A DNA stretch of 49,452 nucleotides. Origin: Psammoneis japonica (lineage: Eukaryota). Shown here piece by piece: positions 39,082 through 49,452 of this stretch. The stretch is from contig QPGO01000347.1 in assembly GCA_008632985.1 (NCBI GenBank), positions 1-49,452 on the forward strand, given 5' to 3'. Numbering within the stretch: position 1 is the first letter of the stretch; every line of letters begins with the position of its first letter. The notes under the pieces are model-generated. The model was not told the origin of the DNA and ran no database searches. It saw only the letters and a program-made list of their open reading frames with translations. Both the position numbers and the translations under genes were made by a program.

Positions 39082-39180
39082 ATGTGCCAGGATGCCACAA
39101 AATGTTCCTTGATTGTGCGTGGGGCACTTTTGATCACACTGGGAGTTGTGGTGTGCTCCAATGTTGTCAACAACATTGGC
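39082..39180 (+). pseudogene. 5' remnant of a fifth fucosyltransferase-family copy (TM anchor only), followed by unrelated sequence
   Basis: MCQDATKCSLIVRGALLITLGVVVCSNVVNN aligns with MYRYDAKRSLAVCFALLVILGVVVRFNVDSD. Confidence 0.7.
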
Positions 39181-41019
39181 CATTTGGATGTGGACAACTT
39201 CTCCTTGAAGGAGGCATTGGACAAATTTTTGGAATCAACCAAAAAAGTGCAAATTCAACAGATGGAAAGAAGAAGCCTGCACAAGGCAGGAAGGCAGCCA
39301 AGATGTCAAGGAAATGCCAAGTTCATTTTGACAACCGGAACAATCCAAGGGCTGTGGTGGTGGGGTCACTGGCACTCACATTGATGCACACAATGCATCT
39401 GTGGGATGGAGAGGTTTGCCCAATTTCCATTGCAACCTCACCGACAATGCAAACATTGTCCTGCTTGCACATCTTCCAGTCAGAAGTGTGTGTTGCAATC
39501 CATCTTGGTCTTGCAATGGGCAAAAACCAATGTCTCACTTCTGTGAAGGATCATTTCTTCATGGGGCAGTTCATGTGGGGACTTGCCTTGCTCGTTTGAG
39601 CAACTGGTTTGTCCATGCAAGTGAATCAAACAATTGCTTGGGCCAAAGCCAGAGTGGATTGGGGATTGTGGCAAAAATGGAAAACATCTGTTCCTTGCTT
39701 GGTTCGCCAAGCAAAACTTGCCAGTGGTGCACGCAATGGATGAGATGCACCAAAAAACAACATGGAGCCTCATCCATTCATGACAAAGATTGGCAATGGA
39801 CCAAAATCAAATTTGAAAGAACAGGAATTAATGTCGTGACCCAAGCAGCATGGGCTCCAATGAGGATTGGATCCATCTGCATGAGAAGTTGGGCAAGAAG
39901 GAACCAATTTGGGAAAGGCAATCATTCCAATGACAGTGCACATTGTGAAGTGCAACTGCAGATGACAGATGAGGTCACTGCAGTCAGAACATTGCAAAAG
40001 GGCAAGACCAAAACACATCAAACTCCGGCACTTCCATGAGCCTTGGAAAACATGTCATTGTTGTCTTCCAAAGAATCCTCTGGCTCCATTTTGTCTGCTT
40101 GCAACTCGTTGTCATTCTGCACAGAAAGTGGGAAATCAGCTTCTTCCGCCAGTGGCACCAGGTTGCTGTTGCCTGTTCCTTCATTGTGGGACAAAAAATC
40201 AAGATTTGGTCCAACCGGAATGTCCATTGCTGGAGCCACCACACCTGGAGCAGTGGTGACAGCTGGCTGATTTGGTTCCTCAGCCACCAAATTGTTGTTT
40301 GACGAAACAAAGGCAAGCCTGCACCTGGAACTTGGGTTCCTGGACTCATTTGGACTGCCATCCAATGCCTTGTTGGAGCTGATGACAATGTGGCGACACT
40401 TCATGAAACATGCAATGTCCTGGGTGGCATGCTTCTGCTTGGGTTTTGCCGGCGGGACATTGGCAATGAAATGATTGCACAAATGTGTGTGCATTCTTGA
40501 GCAACATCCTCAGCAGCTGGGTTGCTGCTTTCAGGTGCAGCTGGCATGTTGTCCATGTTCTGCAGGCTGCCAATCAGATCATCCTGGTGATGCTGGAACA
40601 CATTGGTGAGGAAAAACTTGACAGCAATCAACTGTGTGAGTGCCTCATGTGCATGGCACTCTCCATGCAGTGGGACACAGTTGGCCCATCATTCTTGGTG
40701 CAGCATTTGGCAACTTTGTCGTGGCTCTGCTCACAGCCTTTCATTGGCATTTGAGCATGACACAGGCAGACAGCAGCAGCAAGAGGCAAGAAGAACTCAA
40801 CCCACAAAGATGGAAGCACATTCATCCAAAGTGGCAGGTGGCGCAGAGAGATGGGCTGCATCAAAACAATGCTTGATGGCTGTGCATTCCTCATCTGTCA
40901 ATTCAACACCTGTGGGAGAGTTGTTGAACAAGTCAACTGGAGTGCGCAGACCTGCAAAAGACAGATGGACAAAAATGCAAATCAGTGATGAAGGGAACAT
41001 TCAGAGGAAAAAGAGAGAG

Positions 41020-42545
41020 GAGCTGGGACCAGAGCATGGCAAAAATCAAGGAAAGAGAGCTGTTGCAACAAGAGCTTCACACAAACTCAAGTCTGCTGGA
41101 GCCTCATTCAGGCACCACCTTTCCAACTGCATGAGAATGTTGGGGCACAAGCCATGTCTTGCCAACCCTGATTTGTGTTGCAAGCCTGAAGTTCAACCAG
41201 ATGATGGACATGAGCAGTGCTGTGCATGCATCCTGCCACATGTTGATGATTGCCTGTCCATGCACCATGATGCCACAGCAGAGCTGAATCGTCTCAACAA
41301 ATGCTTCAGGATGAAGAAAGGTTCACAACAGGTGATCCAAAGTTCTGCTTGGGAGCAAAAATCAAGTCGACAGCACTTCCAAATGGTGCAGTTGAATCAG
41401 GGATGAGTGCTTGCAAGTGTGTCCAAGAAGCAATTTGCAATGTTGACAATCATCTGAAAGAAAAGCATGGACCAGGTTTGGAGAAGTGTGTGAAAATGCC
41501 CTTTCCCACAGGATGCAAGCCAGAGATTGATGCAACACCTGATTTGAATGAGAAAGGACTTTCCTTTTGCAATTTGCAGATTAGAGTCTTGAGATGGACT
41601 GTGAACCTTGGAAGGGTTGACATTGTGTTGGAAGTTGCAATGCCATCATTTCACCTTTGCTTGCTAAAAGAAAGCCACCTTGATGCTTTGTTTCACATTT
41701 TTGCCTGTCTCAAGTGCAAGCACAATGCTTGACTGGTGCTTGATCCAACTTTCATGAGTGTGATTGGAAAGAGTTTTGTGGTGATGTCAAGAAGGTGCTG
41801 CCACCCAATGCACTGGAGCCCAGACGAGGGAAGTCTGTTGATCTTTGTTTGTTTGTTGATTCAAGTCATGCCAACTGCAAATGAACACGCCATTCCAGGT
41901 CAGGACATTTTGTCTTCTTGAACACAGCCCTGATTGCTTGGCTTTCCAAGAAACAAGCAACAGCAGAGGAGACCACCCCCATCTTTGGTGCCAAATTTGA
42001 TGCTGTGAAGATTGGCATGGAGGCATGCCAAGGGCTTCAATGCAAGCTGAGGATGATGGGCACAGAGCTGTCTGGTCCAACACACATCTGCAGTGACAGC
42101 ATGTCTGTTGTTCACAATGCACAATGCCCCAAATTTACTTTGAAGAAGAAAAGCAATTTGACATGTCATCATGCTGTTCATGAGTCAGCTGCAACGGGTG
42201 AGAGAATGACTGCTCACATTTCTGCTCATTTGAATCCAGCTGATCTTGCAACTGAGATTTTGCCAGGTGGACAGAAGAGGAGCTTCTTAGCTTCTCTGGT
42301 TTTGCATGACATGGCTGATGATCACAGCCAATGTCTCCCTCCCTGTGTCAAAGAGAGGTTTTCTGCAGGTTCTCAAGGGTTCCCTTGTTTTGCTGCTGCA
42401 AGAATGCAAAATGTGGCCATCATGATTGAGACAGTTAAATGTTGTGATTTGAGGTGACCAGTGATGATGAGCTAACCTTTTGCAAAGCTCAACTCAGGGG
42501 GACTGACAAAATGCAGAAGTGGTGCTCCATGTCAGGTGACAGTCA
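41020..42545 (+). mobile_element. Ty1/Copia (CoDi-type) fragment: RT, RNase H, PPT and start of the 3' LTR
   Basis: GKRAV...LKSAGASFRHHL...ILPHVDDCL (from LYVDD). RNase H: WLSKKQAT...KLRMMG...NPADLAT. A purine tract AGGGGGAC is followed by TG at 42504. Confidence 0.85.
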
Positions 42546-45500
42546 GGGTCATCAGGTCCAACTGTGGGGGCTTCTCTCTCCCAGCAGTTGGGGTTGTTTT
42601 GCTGGTCAGCAAAGCCCATAATTCATGGATTCATTCACCTTTTCTCAGATGAGAGCAAAAGCTGATGAGACCCCCACCACTCTCATGGTGGCATCACACG
42701 ACACACTCTTGTGCGCTGAAGATTGCATGTCTGCCCTTCCTCACCCGGGAGAGCTCACAATTGGTTTCCCTTGTGCCGGCAACTGCGGCAAGGCCAGATT
42801 GCGTGCAACACGAAACTCTCTAGATGCAATCATTGCATGCCACAGACAATGCTTTGGTTCTTTCTGGACAGTTGCAGCAGTTTTTTACCTCACTGCTTGT
42901 TGAAGTCGATCTTTTTGCCAGTTGTGATGTGTCGAGGTGAGCAGGCGGTGTTGCCTGTCGGGAACACATTCATCCAGAACACGATGTTTCACACAAGTCG
43001 TGTGAGCACGGGTGAAGGCACCCGCTCAAATGGCAGTGTGGCACACCCGCTTCCAGCGCAGTCCTTGATCGTGCGAATGCATCTCTCTGTGTCTGCAGCG
43101 TGTTCATTTGCAGAGCTGAGGTTCAGTCCAATGCCCGGAAGATGCTTCTGAATGGACTCAAATTCTGGGTCCGCATGCACCGTGGGGATGCACAACCCAC
43201 GTCCCCGACAAAGCTGACCACGCTGGACAGCACCTTGGACACAACCGCCGCCTGTCAATTTGGTGAGTTCACAACAGCACCAAAATGCAGTGATGGGCAC
43301 CATGTGATGAAGAAGGCCAATTTGTTGATGAACGTTGCATCACATGACAGGTCAGGGCATGGCCAATTGTCCAGCATGGCCTGCGGAACAGAGCCCGTGG
43401 TGGCACTCATGATTGCCCCTTGCCGATGAGGGGTTTTTCCCTGCAGCAAGACTGCATTTGGCCCGTGTGTGTCCAAAGCGGCATCAACATCCTTGCTGGT
43501 GACTGGGCAATTGAGAAGTCCATTGGTGTTGACTGTCTTGGTGCAGATCCGGTCACTGGGATGCATGAGGATGTTCTGCACCTTGCACACCAATGTGGCT
43601 CTCTTCACGTCTTGCTTGCTGCATCCCAGCTTGTTCGATTCCACTTGATTGATGAACAAATGTGAGGGGTCCTTGTTGAGTGCTCTGTGGGAATGCAGGC
43701 CCTTGTGCAAAGGAGAGAATGGCATGGGCTGTTTGTTTGATCTGTGCACCGCAAAATTGAGCTGAACATGACAGTGCCCCTGCATGCTGTCCAAAGCCAG
43801 CATGTTGGCAATTCCGTTGGGATGACACCGTGCCGGTTCTGGGAAGTTGCCCAACCATCCCATCTAGCGTGTGGTCACAGTCCCGGCATTGCATCTTGCT
43901 TGGAGCGCAGTGGGCACCGTGTGCATGTTCCTCAGCATGTCCGGGTTGGACACCACATTCACTGTGGAGCAACTGTCCAAAAGCATGAGGTCTGGCAGCA
44001 CATTGGGTTCCTTGGCTTTCCCTCCAAACAGTTGACAACATTGCTCAAGTGCACATGAGCAGCCTTCAACGGTGTCCTCTGGGTTGCAGGAGCTGTCCAG
44101 TGGGAACTGGATCCCACCCTGATTGGCCTCCCCGTCGGGTTGGCTGTTGTTGCTGTCAGTTGTTGCCGTGGTGGTGTCATTCCCCCTTCGTGGGGCCTCA
44201 CCGCATCTGCCGCATCCTCAACCTCCACCGGGTCCGCGTCCTGGCCCGTGTCCTGGGCCATGGCCTGGTCTGTGCGCCTGGGGCTGCGGTTGTCATGGTT
44301 GCAATGCTCCCCTTCTGTGACAAATGCCATCTTGTGCTGGTCATTGTTGAGCAGGGCCAACTGGTGAGGAGAATGGCAGTTCACCAAGAAATCGCACGCC
44401 TCATCAAGGCTGGTGGGATGCTCGTCGGTTTCCTGTGTGTGCTTGTTCTTGTCATTGCATGTCAAGTTCCCGAACCTTCTCCAGTCACTGTTGAGCAAGA
44501 AAAGGGTGCCAAGGCATTCGGCATGCACTTGTTGGCAAGCCAGGGCAGGCTCGGCGTTGGTGGGAATGTTGGGGTCAGCCGCCACAATGGCGATCCTTTT
44601 GTCAACCCTGACTTGCTGACATCCAATCTCTCCACCGAGGCGATCTGCCATTCCGACTGAATCCTTGAAGCACTTGAAGCAGTCACTGGTCAACATGTGT
44701 CGCATCTGCCTGAATGGCAGTGTGCTTGTCTCGGCCTTGATGATGGCATGCACTGGGTGTTGGCGAGTCTGTCTTTGTGTCATGCAGGTGCGGATGATCT
44801 GCAGCAGCTTGATGACATCAGAGTTGGCATTTGTGGCTGTCCAGTCAGCGTGTGCCTCCATTCGATTGCAGAGGGCCTGCAAACATTGTCCCAGGGTGAG
44901 GGCAAGAGCTTTGGCTGAGTTTGTGTGACGCATCTTCATGTGGTTGTGGAATGTCTTGCAGGCCAGCTTCCAGCGCTCAAGCGCGGCAGCCCCCGTGGCT
45001 GGGTCTGGATCAGCAGGTGCAGTGAGGGCAGGGAGTCGCAACTCAACCATGCCCATCCTAAACTCCCCAGCATCATCATGTTCCCGTTTGATGCACTCTG
45101 CAACAAGTCGGGCAGTCTTCATGAAGGTGTCCTTGTTGGCTGAGACGTTGAACACAGCGTGTTTCAAATCGGCGCATGCTCCCTTGAATTGTCCTCCGTC
45201 CCGGTTCTTGTGTTGCTTGTGTCCACTTCATCGCTGCATGGATGAGGTGTCTCTGGTTTCCTGATGGGAGTTGGTGGTGCCAGGAATGGGATTGGGTTCA
45301 CCACTCGACATCGTTCACCTGGGGGGCAGGATGCACACATTTTTCAGGTTGCGCTGTGTGACGGTCCCATTGGCGTTTCGAATGTGGACCCTCTGCACAG
45401 TGATCTTTGATGTGGTGCTGGTGCAGTCCAGTTGGGTGGTGGTCCATCTGCCAAGGGCTGGTCTCACAGTGTTGATGATCCACACTCGGTCCCCGATGCG

Positions 45501-46080
45501 GAAGTCATCGATGGCAGGAACCGCTCAGGGATCTGCTCATCTCGGGGCTGCTCCTGCGGCTCTGTCCGCTCTGTTGGTCCTGATGCCGGTGGTGGCTTCT
45601 TCCAACTGGGCCAGCACCCGATCCTGTTCTGCGCACAGTCTGTTGAACTCTTGCATTGGCTCCTTGCTCCTTGATGGTGCGATCAGTCACACGCCGCTCT
45701 GGATGTGACAATCAAGGTGATGACGATGTTTTCTTTTGCAGAAATGTCGGAGCAGAGTGTCCACTCACTTCCAACTCTGTCCTTCAGACAAAAGCCTGCA
45801 ATGGAAGCAGCAAACTGCAGAAATGCTCTGATGATCTTTCGATCACTTTTTGGGTTTCCGCAAAAGAATGAGAAAAGTGATCTCCTCTTTCTTTTGCGAT
45901 TGATCCACTTCCGGAGGTGCGGTTGGTGAGATCCAGTTGATCTCGCATGTGGCAGACTTTTCCGGTCCTGTTGCCGGAAGATGTCTCCCCATCATTGGAA
46001 GATGTCTCTCGCCATCCTCTGGAGGTTCTGAACCTCTTGCCACATCCACATGACTCCGGGTTCTGCTGGAATCCTCAACA
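42546..46080 (-). mobile_element. Second Ty1/Copia (CoDi-type) element, 5' half: LTR, gag, protease, integrase; truncated before RT
   Basis: gag 43959..45167 (LGQC...RMEAHADW...DVIKLL), protease LLDSCST (~43970), pre-integrase LNCPVTSKDV...LQGKT, integrase HADPEF...EHAADTERCIRTIKD. Confidence 0.85.
45706..46080 (-). repeat. Putative 5' LTR (~375 bp, TG...CA) of the second Copia element
   Basis: On the minus strand it begins TGTTGAGG at 46080, exactly where NTPase homology breaks. It ends ...TGTCA, followed by the PBS-like CATCCAGAGC. The partner LTR is not in the window. Confidence 0.6.
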
Positions 46081-46826
46081 AAACTGGTTTCTGCTGCTGA
46101 CTTGACAGCCTGCACCCTTCCGTGCATGACATTGTCTGTCATGGTGGGCGCCCCAATTTCAAGAGGTGACAAGAAACTGAGTGATCCACTCTCGGCAAAC
46201 GTGCTGCCGTACAAAGATGATTGCAACCGTGCCATGGCAGAGACACTCAGAAATCAAATGGATTGCATTGCATCAACTCCACCAGATGAAAAAAAGGGAA
46301 AGACGGACATGGTCATGTCCTGTGAAGACGACACCACTTGCGCAATCGAGTCTGTGATGGCATGCCAACACCCGGCATGTTCAATGTTTGACTTTAAGAT
46401 GCGCATTGCTTGGCGTCATTGTCAATTTCTCATTGTCCTTTGTCCTTTCATGTGAGTCTGCAGGGAGCCCATGAAGAGCATGCTGGTTGATTTTTTGTTC
46501 ATGAAAAAGCAAGCTGCGCTGACTTGAAACAAAAGGCCCTCATCATCATTGGTGACAAGGCAGCAAACGTGAAAGGCCGCATCCAACATGTCTCAGAAGT
46601 GTTGAAGAACAAAAAAGGCATCATTGAAATTGTTGGTCTTTGTGTTTCTCTAAATCACGACAGCTGTGAAATGCATCTGGAGGGGGCTGAAGAGCCTCTT
46701 TTCTTTGTGTGCGATCGAGTTGCCAAATGTCTGGAAAAAGATGACATGGGATGGTTCAAGACCATGCAAGTTTGTTCCCTTGAATCTTCTGAACATGCAC
46801 AGAAGAAACAGAAGGCGTCAGGTTGA
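46081..46826 (+). pseudogene. 5'-truncated, hypermutated duplicate of the NTPase-REase gene
   Basis: Aligns to 27548..28294. Tyr->Cys/His throughout, splice donor GTATG->GCATG, CGA->TGA stop near 46488. Confidence 0.92.
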
Positions 46827-49452
46827 AGTGTGCCTTTTCTTTTGAAGAAAACGCATGGGTGAGGTGACAGTTAGATTAATGTCGTCCACACCAGAGTTTT
46901 CCAAGTGCATTGTCTTGCTCACAAAATGTTCGATTCATTGAATCATCTACAAAAATGCATGATCATTGTTTGCATCTTCACTTTGGTGGGTGTGACAGCA
47001 TGATGCAAAGATTTAAGTGCCCTGAATGTCTTGTGGCTGCCCTGTCCAGAGAGGCAGAGCAGAATCAAGAGCATGCTCACCGCGACGGGTGGAACCCGGG
47101 GGGAGCCACAGCTGCATTTTGGCCAAGAAATTCAAAGGTCTGCTGTTGGGAAACTTGACAGTAAAAACGTGTTTGCACTTACAGTGACAAAGTTGGGACT
47201 TCATTGTTTGGAGACGTGCTGAGGTCTTTCGTCGCGCCACCTCAGTGTTTTTGCATTTGAAAAATTGTGGAACATTTTGGTCAAAAATTACGACATTCAA
47301 AAAAGAAGCTCGAGTCAAATAAGAAAAAAATCGAATGGTGCCAACAGGGTCCGAAAGAAAGGTCAAAATGCGTCCACGAACGGTTTCCGTTTCTGCACTC
47401 TCTGTCCTCTTTCTCCATCATTGCACAAAAAGCCACGGTGGCAACGGGAAATTGACATGAAGCATTTGTTGCAATTGATTGCCCAAGCAAAGACATTCTC
47501 TCAACAAGCAGTTGGAGCAAAGATGACAGCAATGAGTCCTGGCACCTGATTTGGAGCCATTCTGTTGGCACTGTCGAGCAACTCTCTGTGCCTTCCGGCG
47601 CATGTGTGTGGCTCCTTCCACATCGCAATGCACGCCATCAACTCCAAGCATGCTTTTGCCTTTTCACTCTTTTTTTTCTGGTTGTCATTGTTTTGTTTCT
47701 TGGATTCTTCAACAGAGTTAGAAGCACACTTGCGAAGCTGCTGTCAGTTTCTAAAGATTGCTTCCACTCATCTCAACAGTGCATGTTTTGCAATCCCCCC
47801 AGCATTGCTGGGTGAAGCTGCCCTGGTGGTTTGCATCCACTGCACCAATGATCTCATGCCAAGCATTTCATTGGCTGAGCAAGGCTTTCTTGTCAGAAAT
47901 TTTGTCAGGATGAGAACAAAAAGACTTGGGTGGACCGCCAAGTTTCCAACAAAAGTTTGCCTTGACAATCATTCTGTTTGTCTTGTCTGACAACAAAAAG
48001 AGCCATCATTTGGACAACATGGGCAGCTTTGCATGTCGCACCATGTGTCAGTTGTGATGACTGGTGCCCTTGGATCTTCTCCTTCTCCAACTGATTCAAT
48101 CAAAACAGTGTGTGAGTCTTGGCAGCTTCTTCTTCCAAAGCAGCCATCCAAGCACTGGCATCATTTGCCAAGGCCAACACCCTGGCGCCCACCAAACAAC
48201 AACTCAAGCAAGCCTTTCATGAGCAGCAATGACAGGCACATTGTCCCCCTCTGTCTGCATCAGGGCTGTTTGCTGCAGATCCATGATCAGCACTGGAAGA
48301 GATTGCCGCCTTGTTTGCCCTTTGTGCCAGTGGGCATTGCAAAGTGACATGCTGGAGAGCAAAACAGACATTTGCACCAAGCTTCTTGGGAATTTAGAAG
48401 CCATTGTGGAACACGTGCCACCTCGGGATTGCACCATGGCGCACCCACTTCACATTGCACCAAGGAACTTTGCAGCAATTTTTTCATGGAGATGCATCAA
48501 TGCATGAGGACACCATGGCTCACGGTGCAGGAAATGCTGACATTGTGGGCACAAACAATGCTCTGCTTGAAATGGTGCCATGGGACTTTTCCTGCACACA
48601 GCCCGAACAGTGCAAGGACACATGCTGCAGTCAAAACTTGATTTTTTCTTAAAAGCATTTGACAGACAACAACAACAGCTGTGCCAGCCACTGCAGCAGC
48701 AGCAGTGCCAACAACAAATGGCAAACCATTGGATGACTCAATCTGTCCTGACCTAAAATCCCTCTTTTGCCCCACCACAGAGTCGTGAGAATTGCAACGT
48801 GGGATGGGACCATTCTGCATTGTCCAGTCAACAGCATTGCTTGCAGGAAGGTCCACAAAACTGCTTTCTGTTGGGCTGTCCAACAGCCCAGCCAAATGGT
48901 CCACAGTTGCACACAATCCCCAGCAACCATTTTGCCACTAAAATGTGCTGTTGCAGCAGAAACAAATGGACAGAACAACTGATCAAGATGTCCATTTTAT
49001 TTCCAGCAGTTTTCACTTGTGTGTGTCATGATGCAAACCTTTCCTTGTGCAAAGCTCTGTTCTTGATCTGAGCTGAGCACATCTGTTTGGAGCCCCTCTC
49101 TCATCTGACAACCATGCAACAAGACCACCCACCTTGGAACCAAGCACAGCCAGCACAGAGGCATCTGGACAGAGTGTTTCAAATGACTTTTTTCAGCTCT
49201 TGAAAAGTGAAGCTCCTCTCTTGAAACTCAAGCACCCAGAGTCTCACCTGTTGCAGCATCAAACATTGGTGTGGGAGAACCCCCACCATTTGTTGAGGCT
49301 GCAATGATGTCCTTGGAACCATGCCTTGCTGTGTTAACAGAGAGCTGACTGCTGGCATTGGCTGGAATCAATGCACCCCAAGAAAGTGAACCCGAGTCCA
49401 AATTTCATGCACGGACCAATCTGGGTGCATCCAGGGTTGAACAATGCTTTTG
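46081..49452. repeat. Block Y copy 2 (runs off the window end)
   Basis: Collinear with 27548..~30593, with a few extra insertions. Confidence 0.9.

Noticed and set aside
39180..41020. Treating this stretch as integrase of the plus-strand Copia element
   Set aside because: No integrase or other pol motifs were recognisable. Copia similarity starts only near 41020, so the stretch is left unassigned.
1..49452. Alternative genetic code (TGY/CAY read as Tyr) as an explanation for Tyr loss
   Set aside because: Intact genes in the same window use TAT/TAC normally, and the change also affects introns, synonymous sites and intergenic DNA.
1..49452. Classical fungal RIP or CpG methylation decay as the sole explanation
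   Set aside because: RIP creates TpA rather than destroying it. CpG decay accounts only for the CG->TG/CA subset, and the LINE lost TpA while keeping many CpGs.
1..49452. CRISPR array, rRNA/tRNA genes or a prokaryotic defence operon
   Set aside because: No regularly spaced repeat-spacer structure or recognisable structural RNA was seen. The sequence is eukaryotic, with spliceosomal introns.

Overview
Eukaryotic genomic DNA, most likely from a (pennate) diatom. This is inferred from a bipartite plastid-targeting-like N-terminus, ~90-bp GT-AG introns, CoDi-type Copia elements and an Ambal-like LINE. The window is a tandem/segmental amplification containing: (i) a family of type II membrane fucosyltransferase-like genes (HIRRGD / FVMTDD motifs; 3 full-length copies, one 3' pseudogene, one 5' remnant); (ii) a Crinkler-type P-loop NTPase + PD-(D/E)XK nuclease gene and its truncated duplicate; (iii) three copies of a decayed ~5-kb spacer; (iv) a full-length 8.1-kb LINE with a 14-bp TSD; (v) two Copia fragments. 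The main discovery is a region-specific hypermutation signature. Transposons, pseudogenes and duplicated spacers have lost almost all TpA dinucleotides by TA->TG/CA transitions (A->G on either strand, the reverse of fungal RIP), more completely than they have lost CpG, while gene islands a few hundred bp away are untouched. In a hand alignment of the duplicated NTPase gene, 29 of 32 TpA sites are converted. This points to a silencing-linked, adenine-targeted genome-defence mutator. The responsible enzyme is not evident in this window. All counts are manual and approximate.
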